This document shows positions 8,588-18,715 of a stretch of 64,000 nucleotides of DNA, one piece after another (positions within the stretch are counted from its first letter, which is position 1; each line of letters starts with the position of its first letter). The stretch is from positions 1 through 64,000 of the IMG/VR virus record IMGVR_UViG_3300028734_000012; one strand, 5' to 3'. A program made the position numbers and the translations under genes. A model generated the notes under the pieces. It did no database searches, was not told the origin of the DNA, and saw only the letters and a program-made list of their open reading frames with translations. The stretch is from a virus.

Positions 8588-8608
8588 TTCTTTGTCCTCT
8601 TCTCTTAA

Positions 8609-8887
8609 TTATTTAAGAATAACCATAATCCAACCATTCGGAAATTTTTGGTCTCCGTCAGAACACATAGCGCTTTCAACTTCAACATCAAGAATATCCG
8701 ACAAAAGTTCATTTTGGTCTTTAAGGTCTCCATCTTCGTCAAAGTACTTAGTACAATATTCTGAATCATTATTTATAATTTCGACAGATAAATTTCCTTT
8801 ATCTCCATCAATGTCAAGCCTAATACCTTTATCCTTTGCCAAATAATAAAGTTCTGATTCAGCCAAGAATAATACTTCTTTTTTCAT
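8609..8887 (-). CDS. small acidic hypothetical protein
   Basis: ORF, RBS, own promoter. Confidence 0.7.
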   Translation of the reverse strand: MKKEVLFLAESELYYLAKDKGIRLDIDGDKGNLSVEIINNDSEYCTKYFDEDGDLKDQNELLSDILDVEVESAMCSDGDQKFPNGWIMVILK

Positions 8888-9087
8888 TCCCTTATCCTCT
8901 TCTCTTAATCTCTGTATTTATTATAACATCCTATTTTTCATTTGTCAAGTAAATTAGAAAATAAAATTCAGATTTTATTTTATAATATGAAAATTAAAAT
9001 CAGTTAAAACATTGGGTTTATTCATATTACAATATGAATATTATCAATCAAATAAAAAAGCGGAACATTAATTTGTTCCGCTTCAAT

Positions 9088-9624
9088 TTACTTTAAATCA
9101 GCGCTAAAATCATGTGTAGCCGTACCAACAGGGACATAAATCTTTTCATAATCAACTCTTTCCATATCTCCATAGAACCACGCAAACAATTTGTTTTCAA
9201 CTTTTAATTTGTAAAAATCAACTCTAGGTGTTTGGTTGTCATCTTCTACAAGGTAGGCTGTGCCACTGTCAAGTTTAAGTATAGCTAGACCGTGAATTGA
9301 ATTGTACATAGTATAATAGTATAGCGTTTCTTCAATATAACCGCTTCTGCAATACATGCGACCAGTTACATTCTGGCTGTCTTGTAACGCAACAATATTA
9401 TATGTTTCTGGTGGCTGTTCAACATATAGTTTGTCAACAAATAGATATCCAAAAAGACTAATTATTGATACTATAATTAAGAAAAAGGAAACAAAAAATG
9501 TCATACTAAAAAATTTAGACCTTATTGGATGAACAATCTCACGATTTGTACCCTCTTCACTCATAGCAACAGACAAAATAAACATTGCCATCGAAATAAA
9601 CATAATCAATATAATATTTGGCAT
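9088..9624 (-). CDS. two-TM membrane protein (related to 50002 and 50472)
   Basis: Two hydrophobic segments; start moved to MPNII behind RBS. Confidence 0.7.
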   Translation of the reverse strand: MPNIILIMFISMAMFILSVAMSEEGTNREIVHPIRSKFFSMTFFVSFFLIIVSIISLFGYLFVDKLYVEQPPETYNIVALQDSQNVTGRMYCRSGYIEETLYYYTMYNSIHGLAILKLDSGTAYLVEDDNQTPRVDFYKLKVENKLFAWFYGDMERVDYEKIYVPVGTATHDFSADLK

Positions 9625-9760
9625 TCTTAAAACCTTCTCTTTCTTAATTTCTATAATTATTATAACATATGAATTTTCTATTGTCAAGTAGAATTAAAAT
9701 TTTAATTTTATATTTTCATATTATAATATAAAATATAAATCAACAAAAAAAAGAATGAAC

Positions 9761-10183
9761 TTAATCATTCTTTTTAGGTTTCCATATTGTATTCGTAGGG
9801 TGCGGCTGTAGAAATGGCAAGCCAACATATTTTTTCCATGTTGAATCTTTGCCAATATAGACAAGAACATCTTTCTTTTTCCCTTTGATTTTTAAAGGGA
9901 ATGAGTATATTCCATACAGAGTGCCGACTTGTTCCATTTGGTCTAAATACGGTCTAAGATAATCATGGCAAAGATAAATTTCTCCCAAGGCAATATCTTT
10001 GTCATTACCTATCAATGAAACTGGATAATTCTGTACTGAACCATCGTCTGATTCCTCATAAAAGTTGTATAACTTAATCCCATGCAAAGCATATTCTTGA
10101 ATAAATTTTTCACTTGCAAGAATACCATGCCTTAATTGATTTTCCATAAGAGTGCCATAAGTGAACAAATAGAACATTATCAT
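9761..10183 (-). CDS. gamma-glutamylcyclotransferase (AIG2/GGCT-like)
   Basis: FTYGTLM, GEIY, LDQME, Y motifs. Confidence 0.88.
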   Translation of the reverse strand: MIMFYLFTYGTLMENQLRHGILASEKFIQEYALHGIKLYNFYEESDDGSVQNYPVSLIGNDKDIALGEIYLCHDYLRPYLDQMEQVGTLYGIYSFPLKIKGKKKDVLVYIGKDSTWKKYVGLPFLQPHPTNTIWKPKKND

Positions 10184-10229
10184 TCTCCTTTTCTAAATTA
10201 ATATAAGGGGGAATAATCCCCCTTATAAC

Positions 10230-11600
10230 TTATTCCTCGTTTGGCATTGTAGCTAACTCACAACGTCTTTTCCAGTATTTTTTCATTTCCCGTGTGGTAA
10301 TCAAGTCTTTAAATACCATAGCTTGTACCTCTGCTGTCGTCTTCTCTTTTGCGGCAACAATACAGTTGTTAACAAACTGCAACGTTGCAAAGAACGTATT
10401 GATATTCATTGTGCCCTTAAACATTCTGAACTCAATTGTATTCTCGTTGGCAATGTTGATGCTATAGTAGTGGTCATTGTGATTTCCAGATTTGTTTGCT
10501 TCTTGATAATAGACTGCCAATGGTCTATCAACCTTTTTTGCAAAGTGGTCAAGTCTGCGCTCATTTCTACGAGAAAATATAATAATGTTATCCCAAAACT
10601 TTTCAATAAGGTATAACAATCTCGTAATATATACCTCTTCATTGTCGGCATAATAATCACGGTTGAAATGAACATGCATACCACAAGTTGATGTATCGTG
10701 TGAACAATAGTTAAGCTTCACAAGCCGTGTAAACATATTGCTATAGATACCCTTAATGCTGTTGTGATATTCGAGTGTAGCAGGTTGTGTAATCATTTCA
10801 AAGCCATCACTAATAGAACTATCACTAGAACAGTACATGAAGATATCGTCGTCTTTATTGATGATATCCATTGCAATAGCCGCATTTTCATCACGTTGCC
10901 CACCATCGTCAATTTCCAACTCAATACCCAAATATGGAACGGTTTTTTCATGGTCTTTGCCATAGAATTTTACTACTGGATACCATTTATGGTATGGCAG
11001 AATGAATCTGCGCTTTTGGCAACGGGTACAAAGTTCCTCTGTTGATGTAATGCTATCTCTTTTGAAAGAATGACCGCATTTGCGACAATCACGATAAAGT
11101 TTACGGTAACAGTCAGAACAGATATTTCCTTCATCGTCAGTATGCTTACTGTTGCGCCTATTTAAGCGGCAACCACATAAAGGACACGTTGGGAAGATAT
11201 TGTCAAGCTTAGTTTTAAACGTTGGGTGATGCTCTTTAAGTAAGTTGAAACAAACATCAATAGCTGAATCATTTGCAGAACCGTCCAAGAATCTATCAAT
11301 AAATTTTAGTATGTCTTTTTCAGTTGGGGTGACGACTACAACTTCATCAAGATTTAAGTTATAGCTATCAAACTGGTCAACCAAATAAATCCTGCCCATC
11401 GAATCATCTTGCAAGTTCCAAACAAGCCCAAACCAATTGTTTGCTTGTATCGTATTTAGATATTTTCCACCTAAATTAGCAATCGGAATTACAAAGTCTC
11501 CAACCTCTGGCTCTTTGTCAATAACGGTAAAGTTATGATACAAAGTTGAAGTAATGATATTTTCCGCATTGATTTTAAGATTTAAATTTTCAAAACTCAT
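10230..11600 (-). CDS. putative amidoligase subtype A with Zn-ribbons
   Basis: LGIELEID, DSSI, FEMITQP, CGMHVH, TIEFRMFKGT. Confidence 0.85.
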   Translation of the reverse strand: MSFENLNLKINAENIITSTLYHNFTVIDKEPEVGDFVIPIANLGGKYLNTIQANNWFGLVWNLQDDSMGRIYLVDQFDSYNLNLDEVVVVTPTEKDILKFIDRFLDGSANDSAIDVCFNLLKEHHPTFKTKLDNIFPTCPLCGCRLNRRNSKHTDDEGNICSDCYRKLYRDCRKCGHSFKRDSITSTEELCTRCQKRRFILPYHKWYPVVKFYGKDHEKTVPYLGIELEIDDGGQRDENAAIAMDIINKDDDIFMYCSSDSSISDGFEMITQPATLEYHNSIKGIYSNMFTRLVKLNYCSHDTSTCGMHVHFNRDYYADNEEVYITRLLYLIEKFWDNIIIFSRRNERRLDHFAKKVDRPLAVYYQEANKSGNHNDHYYSINIANENTIEFRMFKGTMNINTFFATLQFVNNCIVAAKEKTTAEVQAMVFKDLITTREMKKYWKRRCELATMPNEE

Positions 11601-11765
11601 TTGTTTATCCTTCTTTTCTTTTTTACTATAGCATTATTATAAACTTATTTATTTAATTTGTCAAGTAAAAAACTATTTTATTTCTAAATAACTTAATTAA
11701 TTAAAAATCAATCACATAAATATAGGAATGGATAATATAATCCACTCCTACACATAATCTATTGA

Positions 11766-12794
11766 TTACAGTTCTGGAAATTGGTCTGGAAATGCCCATT
11801 TATCAGCGACAAATAATCTAACAGCTATTGCGCTGTCATAAACTTTTGCATCACTACCCAATAGGTAATAGTTGCAGTAAGAATCCTCTGATTCAACAAC
11901 CTTAGTGGCAGGAATGTTTTTTATGCCGTCAGTAATCCACAAAGCACCCTCTTTATCAACCCAGTATGTCTCCGCGATACTAGAATCAATTAGCTGTGTC
12001 ATGCCGTCATATTCGACCGTATCTCCAATATTTGCCCTCATTAATCCGATACTCTTGCCGCTATAAGTACTGATTACTTTGTTATTATATTTGGAAGTGG
12101 TCAAATTGTGCTTTCTTGTCCAATCGTATCCGTCGTCGTAATAGTTGTTTTCAATGTCATACTCGCTACCTTTATAGTTAGTTACTTTACTAACTCTCAT
12201 ATAGATATCTTTGTATGTCGTGTTAGAATAGAAAATCCCTTTGTCCTCAACAAAACCTCTGGTGAACATAATCTCGCCCTTATTATTAAGGATTGCCATT
12301 TTGTTGCTACCAATTAATTTTTCAATTAATTCAAGGTTGCATTGTTTGTTAAACCAACCACGATTTTGTCCAATTAAGGTCAAATATTCTTTCACGAAAA
12401 CAGCCGTATCTGATAAATTCTTAGTGGCTTCGGAAGTTGTCAATGAGATTATACCATTGTGGATAACCGCATAGTCCGAAACATATTCTGGCTTACATAA
12501 TGCCCCGTCGTCAGCTTGAATTGGGAATGGATGTGTCATTGTACCATCTTTTGCACCATGAGTTGAAATCCTAAAATGGATAAGCATTCCGCATTTCTTA
12601 AAATTGAATTTCTGGTCATTAAACTTGAAAGAATCCATAAAGGTATCAAATGTCATGAACCCTTTTTTAATATACACCCTACCACCATAGGCGAAGGCAT
12701 ATCCTGCTCCATCATCGTTAGCCGTCCAACAGTTCTGTAAAACTTCATCTGTTGGAAGGTCAACACCCTTTTTCTTAAAAATTGCAATACACAT
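11766..12794 (-). CDS. class II (Ntn) glutamine amidotransferase
   Basis: N-terminal MC, NDDGAG, HFRISTHG, HPF, HNG, SDT. Confidence 0.9.
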   Translation of the reverse strand: MCIAIFKKKGVDLPTDEVLQNCWTANDDGAGYAFAYGGRVYIKKGFMTFDTFMDSFKFNDQKFNFKKCGMLIHFRISTHGAKDGTMTHPFPIQADDGALCKPEYVSDYAVIHNGIISLTTSEATKNLSDTAVFVKEYLTLIGQNRGWFNKQCNLELIEKLIGSNKMAILNNKGEIMFTRGFVEDKGIFYSNTTYKDIYMRVSKVTNYKGSEYDIENNYYDDGYDWTRKHNLTTSKYNNKVISTYSGKSIGLMRANIGDTVEYDGMTQLIDSSIAETYWVDKEGALWITDGIKNIPATKVVESEDSYCNYYLLGSDAKVYDSAIAVRLFVADKWAFPDQFPEL

Positions 12795-12878
12795 TTTTCT
12801 ACCTCTTTATTTCCTTTTTATTGTGTTATTATTATATCACATATTAAATATTTTGTCAAGTAAATTAGAATTTTATTT

Positions 12879-13187
12879 TTATTTTAAATGATATAAATCT
12901 TCTAGGATATTTGATATAATGTCATCTAATTCATCAAATGTTTCATATTTTTCAAACATTACATCTGGTTTACCATCTTTATATTTAATACTAATAATTA
13001 ATTTGTCGTTGTGGACAATGAACTGAACTGAACTTTTTGATACATTAGCGTGTGACCTAAAGTATATATCAAACATATCATTTGAAAGTTGATAACAATG
13101 CCAATTATCTATGTCTACAACATTATCCCTTAAAATTCGTCTGATACAATATAGCGGAATATTATTCTTGTGGTGCTTCTTGCTCAT
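12879..13187 (-). CDS. hypothetical protein
   Basis: ORF, RBS. Confidence 0.65.
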   Translation of the reverse strand: MSKKHHKNNIPLYCIRRILRDNVVDIDNWHCYQLSNDMFDIYFRSHANVSKSSVQFIVHNDKLIISIKYKDGKPDVMFEKYETFDELDDIISNILEDLYHLK

Positions 13188-13497
13188 TTTTGTAATCTCC
13201 TATTATATATTTGAACTCCATTTTTTCCCAACTAACCAAATTCCTTAAAGATTTATAACTGTTACCATATAGAATACGGACAACATTATCGGCATTATTG
13301 AAGGATATTTTTCTTTTAACAATTATACAATTATTGTGAATCTTAATAGATAACGTCATGCCATCTATATCCAATATCGCATAAACAAATGTACTCCAAT
13401 GGTCAACCCCATTTTTCCTAAAAAATAAGCTTACAATATCAAATCCTTCTGATTCAAGTATATCGGTTATTCTGTCCATTTCAAGATTATAAACCAT
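13162..13497 (-). CDS. hypothetical protein
   Basis: ORF, RBS. Confidence 0.65.
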   Translation of the reverse strand: MVYNLEMDRITDILESEGFDIVSLFFRKNGVDHWSTFVYAILDIDGMTLSIKIHNNCIIVKRKISFNNADNVVRILYGNSYKSLRNLVSWEKMEFKYIIGDYKNEQEAPQE

Positions 13498-13518
13498 TTA
13501 TTTCTCCATTTCTATATT

Positions 13519-13779
13519 CTAAAACTTAGATAAATATTTACTAAATTCAGATAGGTCTAACTTATTGTTAATCCTAAAGGTAGAACACATAAACTGATTA
13601 GAGTATCTTATAGATAAGATACACATACTATCAATTACTCTTAGTTCAAGATTATAGAATTTACAAGCTTTAAATGCTTGTATTGATGTGCGTACATGTT
13701 TACAATTGAACCTTGCCTTTCTAATTGAGAACCCTACCGAGTTTAATTTTAGTATTAATTGTTCATTTGTATAATCCAT
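13519..13779 (-). CDS. hypothetical protein
   Basis: Start moved to MDYTNE behind GAGGT RBS. Confidence 0.6.
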   Translation of the reverse strand: MDYTNEQLILKLNSVGFSIRKARFNCKHVRTSIQAFKACKFYNLELRVIDSMCILSIRYSNQFMCSTFRINNKLDLSEFSKYLSKF

Positions 13780-13933
13780 TTTAAGTACCTCTTCTTTTTT
13801 CTTTGTTTTATTATACATCTTATTAAATCTTTTGTCAAGTAAATTAATAAATAAATTATTATATAAAATTCTAAATAAAAAAATATCTAAACTGTTTTAA
13901 AAGTTTAGATATTATAAATCCTTATTTAGAATT

Positions 13934-14188
13934 TTAAAGAACCGTAAATGAAAAATCCTCTTCATTTCTATTCGCTGTAAAGAACACTGGTTTTTCCTTT
14001 TCGTAATCAGCTTTAAAATATCCATTTCCATCGTCTTCCCACAAGATTGTTGGATTAGGAAGATTTATAATCAACCACGATTGCTTTGTAATCATGTTCC
14101 TAGCATGAAAACCTCTGATTGTTCCGTTCTCTAATTTATTGAATAATTCTTTAAATCCTGTTTCACACATAATTTTGTACCCTTTCAT
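13934..14188 (-). CDS. hypothetical protein
   Basis: ORF. Confidence 0.55.
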   Translation of the reverse strand: MKGYKIMCETGFKELFNKLENGTIRGFHARNMITKQSWLIINLPNPTILWEDDGNGYFKADYEKEKPVFFTANRNEEDFSFTVL

Positions 14189-14356
14189 TAATGTATTTTA
14201 TTTGTTATTAGTCTAACATATATTAAACGTTATGTCAAGTACATTTTTAGAAGTTTAATTATTTTTTTTATTAATTCATTATTAAATTGCTATTATAATA
14301 TGAAATATCTAATTAGAATACGGAATTATTGATAACTTAGTTGGCTAGGAATAGCC

Positions 14357-14525
14357 TATAAGATAAGAGGGGCGAAACCACTTTGAAATGCCATTTAGAC
14401 TATATAGAATCAGCCCTAAATGATGTTTTTTTCTTAGCATAGAATTACCGCCCCTATTTTGCCACTTTCACCAGTGTCTATATGGTCTAACCGATTAAAA
14501 TGGGTCAAGCATAGAATTACCGCCC
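14357..14525 (-). repeat. iteron-like element copy 1: two GGGCGGTAATTCTATGCT boxes plus TTCGCCCCTCTTATCTTATA
   Basis: Boxes at 14508-14525 and 14436-14453 (72 bp apart); tail at 14357-14376. Confidence 0.85.
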
Positions 14526-14534
14526 CAAGGATTT

Positions 14535-15437
14535 TCAATGTTTGATTGTGTTTTTAAAACCGCCTAAAACTTCAACGTTTTTATAGTCATTTCCTGCAAA
14601 GTAGACTTTGGGATTGATAAACATCTGCCATGTTTCTACATTAAAGTCATCAACTATATACCTAACTGCTCTTAATTCTTCTTTACCAAAAGTACATGAT
14701 TTAAAAATAGCTTTCAGTTTTCTTGCATTATTTTTGTCATAACCTAATACTTCACAAAGTTCTCCAACAGTTAAAGATTCAATCTTACTGATATCTTCTT
14801 CTTCTGGATTTTTGCAAACGATATTATACTTAGTATTAACGTATGGAATCACCCTAAATAGGTATGATAATTGTTTGTGCCCAGTTGGATTAACCTTTAC
14901 ATATAACTGCCTTACACCGTTAATAAAGAGCCGTATCATGTTGTTGTTCAACTTACTAGGGGTACAGTCTTTAATATCTCCGCGCCTAAAATAATCTTGA
15001 TTCAATGCTATGCTTTCCTCATTTAGAATAAATACACCGTCGTTAATCATCTTATTCCAAAAAATATCAAAAGTGTGCTGATTGATGTTAAGTAGGCTTT
15101 GTAACTTCTCTTTAGTAATTTTTACGTTGTTGTCATATTTTAGAGTATTATCATATCCTGCAAATGTACTAAGAAAAACCAATCTTGTAATCGTAGCATT
15201 GTCAAATTGTGGGAATAATTCTTGACCATAGTTAAATAATAACCATACAAATTTTCCGCATTCAATATTTTGCACCGCTTGCTTTAAATGGCTTTCTTTC
15301 TTCATATTGGAATATGAATCGTTTCTTTTTTGTTGCTTTGGTGTTATGATTTTACTGCCTTTGGGTACACCTTGTAGGACTTCACCAGTCATCTTATCTA
15401 TTAGAATATCATCTTCCATTAATTCACCACCTTTCAT
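14535..15437 (-). CDS. RepL-like / winged-helix DNA-binding protein, candidate replication initiator
   Basis: Two HTH-like segments, C-terminal FINPKVYFAG resembling the RepL NP..F.G motif, N-terminal IDKMTGEV. Confidence 0.55.
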   Translation of the reverse strand: MKGGELMEDDILIDKMTGEVLQGVPKGSKIITPKQQKRNDSYSNMKKESHLKQAVQNIECGKFVWLLFNYGQELFPQFDNATITRLVFLSTFAGYDNTLKYDNNVKITKEKLQSLLNINQHTFDIFWNKMINDGVFILNEESIALNQDYFRRGDIKDCTPSKLNNNMIRLFINGVRQLYVKVNPTGHKQLSYLFRVIPYVNTKYNIVCKNPEEEDISKIESLTVGELCEVLGYDKNNARKLKAIFKSCTFGKEELRAVRYIVDDFNVETWQMFINPKVYFAGNDYKNVEVLGGFKNTIKH

Positions 15438-15499
15438 ATTGTAATATAAAGATATATCATAAAAAATATAGATAGAAATAAAAATATATCTCTATCTAT

Positions 15500-15528
15500 A
15501 TTATAGTATTATTTGTTATCATTGTCAA
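15500..15528 (-). promoter_or_regulatory. SigA promoter of the RepL-like gene, with a palindrome copy downstream at 15433-15450
   Basis: TTGACA-N17-TATAAT. Confidence 0.75.
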
Positions 15529-15683
15529 GTGAATCGGATTTTTCTTTCCATGATTTAGGAATGCAAGCGTAAATTCCGACCGCTATTAAACAAAAAACAT
15601 CTTTTAATGAAGAAAATAGTATATATAAAAAGTATGCCGCCATGAAAAAGAACCCCTAATTTCAATTTGCTATATATTTGTAA

Positions 15684-16130
15684 TCAATGACTTTGCGTTT
15701 CTCTTAGTGCTTCGTAAAAATATCTTCTTGATTCTTCTATATTAACTCTACTGACATTCATTATAGGAGCGTTAGAAATGCCAATATTATTAGTATTTAT
15801 TGTTACCCCATCATAGTTAGTAACTAATGATTGATTAAAATGTCTTCGTGGGGTATAGTCAGATATAACATCATCTAATGGACTTCTAATTCTTTCAGTT
15901 GGTACTTCGTCTTGTTTAACTATAAGATTAGAATCAACGATTGATGAAAGTACATATCCATGACGAAAACCTCTTGCAGTAAATGTCATATCATCACAAG
16001 AATCAACTGTTAATACTTGCTCTAACATATGACTAAAATCTCTTGTAGCAATATGTGTTTGAATAAATATCTGTTGTTTCTCAAAAAGACAATTATATGG
16101 TTTTAGTTTAACCTTTTGATTATAATCCAT
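15684..16130 (-). CDS. LKPxxCL-family small-domain protein
   Basis: KVKLKPYNCL motif shared with 19732, 19946, 24555, 25508. Confidence 0.7.
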   Translation of the reverse strand: MDYNQKVKLKPYNCLFEKQQIFIQTHIATRDFSHMLEQVLTVDSCDDMTFTARGFRHGYVLSSIVDSNLIVKQDEVPTERIRSPLDDVISDYTPRRHFNQSLVTNYDGVTINTNNIGISNAPIMNVSRVNIEESRRYFYEALRETQSH

Positions 16131-16152
16131 TCTTTCTAACCTTTCTTACGCA

Positions 16153-17190
16153 TTATTTTTTGCGTATTTTTCTGTCTTTTACTGTTTCCCAATATGCTTT
16201 AATTTCATCATGTTCGAGTAAGTCTTCCCATTTTAGAGATTGTAATTCAATTTCCGTAACATCTCTTACTTTTCTAACCATTGTGTCAACTAATTGTAGG
16301 GAAGAAATGAACGTATTGTATTTTAAAGTTCCTCTGAATATACGAAATTCAATTGTGTCACAGTTAGTTAGATTGATGGCATAGTATCTGTTTAAATCGT
16401 TACACTTTGATTTACGTACAATTTCATCTGGCTTTTCATCATATTTCTTTGCCCAACTATTGATATTACTAAGACTTCTACGTGAGAATTTACTTAGTTC
16501 TAACCAAAATTTTTCAACAAGATATAAAAGTCTTGTCACGTATAAATCTTCGTCTTTGCTAAAAAAACTTCTGTTGAAATGGATATGTAAACCACAGCTT
16601 GAAGTTTGATGGGAACGGTATCCCTTTTTGATTGCTAATTTAAACATTTCTTTATAGTTGCTTTTTAGTGATGTATGGTATTCAAGGGTAGCAGGTTGCG
16701 TGATATTTTCAAAGCCGTCATCTAAAGAACCGTCATTTTCAAAATGGATAAATTCGTTAGGCATAATAGCTTCAATTGATTCTGCCGTTTCCTCATTTTC
16801 ATCACTATCAAATCCACACCCTTTGTCGTCAGAATCTATTTCCAATTCAATCCCGAGATAAGGAACTTGACGCATTTCATCGTCACCAAAGAATTTAATT
16901 CTGCCATCAAATTCATGGTAATCTTTTATTTTACGGCTGTCTGTTCTATCGTTAAAACAATCACAGCAGTAATAATTATCAGATTCAATATATGCATCGT
17001 CTTTGTAAATCAATATTCCACAGTCTTCGCATTCTACGATATACTTATCTTTACAAGTATCACAAATGTGATGCCCGTTGTCGTCAATAAAATCCTCGTC
17101 TTCATCAGAAATAGTATATCCACAAATATTACAAGTCATTAGTTTCTCCTTTTTTAAATCTTTATTTTTAAAATTAAATATGTTAAGCAA
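16153..17190 (-). CDS. putative amidoligase subtype A with Zn-ribbons
   Basis: LGIELEID, DGSL, FENITQP, CGLHIH, TIEFRIFRGT; true start may be MTCNIC. Confidence 0.85.
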   Translation of the reverse strand: MLNIFNFKNKDLKKEKLMTCNICGYTISDEDEDFIDDNGHHICDTCKDKYIVECEDCGILIYKDDAYIESDNYYCCDCFNDRTDSRKIKDYHEFDGRIKFFGDDEMRQVPYLGIELEIDSDDKGCGFDSDENEETAESIEAIMPNEFIHFENDGSLDDGFENITQPATLEYHTSLKSNYKEMFKLAIKKGYRSHQTSSCGLHIHFNRSFFSKDEDLYVTRLLYLVEKFWLELSKFSRRSLSNINSWAKKYDEKPDEIVRKSKCNDLNRYYAINLTNCDTIEFRIFRGTLKYNTFISSLQLVDTMVRKVRDVTEIELQSLKWEDLLEHDEIKAYWETVKDRKIRKK

Positions 17191-17196
17191 AATTAT

Positions 17197-17313
17197 TTAT
17201 CCTTTATGTTTTAATTTGCGATTGTATTTTTTTTTGTTTTTAACAACTTTAGTAACAGGACAAATATCCCATAGTATTCTAGTTGCATGGACTTTTGTTT
17301 TTTTCTTAACCAT
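17197..17313 (-). CDS. small basic protein (38 aa)
   Basis: MVKKKTKVHATRILWDICPVTKVVKNKKKYNRKLKHKG, behind its own promoter. Confidence 0.55.
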   Translation of the reverse strand: MVKKKTKVHATRILWDICPVTKVVKNKKKYNRKLKHKG

Positions 17314-17456
17314 TTTTTCATCTCTTTTCTAAACATATTATACCATTTATTATACCATTTGTCAAGTAGAAATGGAAACTCATTTTTTTATATTGCAATA
17401 TGAGTATATTATTGGATAAAAATAGGATAATCCCTAATTGAGATTATCCTATTTTT

Positions 17457-18614
17457 TTAAGCTACTCGTTTTTGACAAATAGCTTTCCCGTCGGCATATT
17501 TTTTAAAAATTTCGATAAGTTTTTCACTAACAGATATCCCATCTGCCATCAATTTTGAGTTTTTAATCACTTCGCTACTGCCGTAAGTATATGCATATGA
17601 AACTTTAGCATCGAATGCAGTATTAAACTTTAAGAAATCAGAAATAACAACATCTAACATTTCAGTCCACATCATAGCTAACTCAAAATATTGATTAGGT
17701 GTAACAAATTTAGAAAGCCTAAATTCAAGCCTATTATCATGATTAAAGTTAATCCATGAAGAATGGTCTGAATATGCTTTCAAGTCTGCATACCCAGTAA
17801 AATATCTGCCGCAAACTTTTTTAGTCTTGTCCACATTACTGCGCATATAATGATACAAAGGTGTGAAAATCTCTGGTGCATACACTCTGATTGACTGTAT
17901 GTTGTTATTGTTGATGTATTTAGAATCACCAATGTTAATGTGTTGACCGCAATATTCGCTACTAAAGTCTACGTGAGAATCAAAAGTTTTGAATAACTTT
18001 CTAAGTCCACGGGTACTTTGATAAATTGGTGTCTTAAACTCTACCCCACCAATACTAGAGATAGAGCCGTCCTCTGTTGGAAGTAGGTTGTATTTTGAAC
18101 TGATAATGGAGTTTTTGTGTAATTCATCAATAGGGACACACTCTAATTCAAACCCGTATGTCTTATTGCTTTTAGATGGCTTATGAATTGCAATGTCGTT
18201 AGTGTCGCAATAATCTTTTACTGCGGCACATTCATTGCAAATATATGAGTTATTCATTGTTTTGTTTGCTCTGTGTTTTTTTGTGACCGCTCCACAGTTT
18301 GCACATTTAACTGTTCTTGACAATTGTGCGGCTGTTAGCGGAACTTCATAATATAAGTCAATGCAATCAGTACTTATATATCTTTCCACCATAGTTCCAT
18401 CTTTATCGAAAAGAATTAACTTCCCCATGTTCTCTGAACATTTGATAACCTTTTTAATTTTGAAGATTTCTCCGCAACGTTTTTCCATATTCTCTTCTAA
18501 AGTAATGGCAGTACGGATACCATAGCTACTACCACCATATTTTGTCATAAGTTCATTCCACGGAGATAATTTAACTAAATCGCCAGCATGTAATTCTCTG
18601 TAATCAATACTCAT
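17457..18614 (-). CDS. putative amidoligase subtype B with N-terminal SH3-like and Zn-ribbon domains
   Basis: YGFELEC, DGSI, EFKTP, CGQHINIG, EFRLSKF. Confidence 0.8.
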   Translation of the reverse strand: MSIDYRELHAGDLVKLSPWNELMTKYGGSSYGIRTAITLEENMEKRCGEIFKIKKVIKCSENMGKLILFDKDGTMVERYISTDCIDLYYEVPLTAAQLSRTVKCANCGAVTKKHRANKTMNNSYICNECAAVKDYCDTNDIAIHKPSKSNKTYGFELECVPIDELHKNSIISSKYNLLPTEDGSISSIGGVEFKTPIYQSTRGLRKLFKTFDSHVDFSSEYCGQHINIGDSKYINNNNIQSIRVYAPEIFTPLYHYMRSNVDKTKKVCGRYFTGYADLKAYSDHSSWINFNHDNRLEFRLSKFVTPNQYFELAMMWTEMLDVVISDFLKFNTAFDAKVSYAYTYGSSEVIKNSKLMADGISVSEKLIEIFKKYADGKAICQKRVA

Positions 18615-18715
18615 CTTTTGTTTTTACCTCTTTTTTTTATTTGTGTTGATATTATAATCCTATTTGTTTAATTTGTCAAGTAATTAGTAATTTTATTTAT
18701 TTAATTACTAATTAA

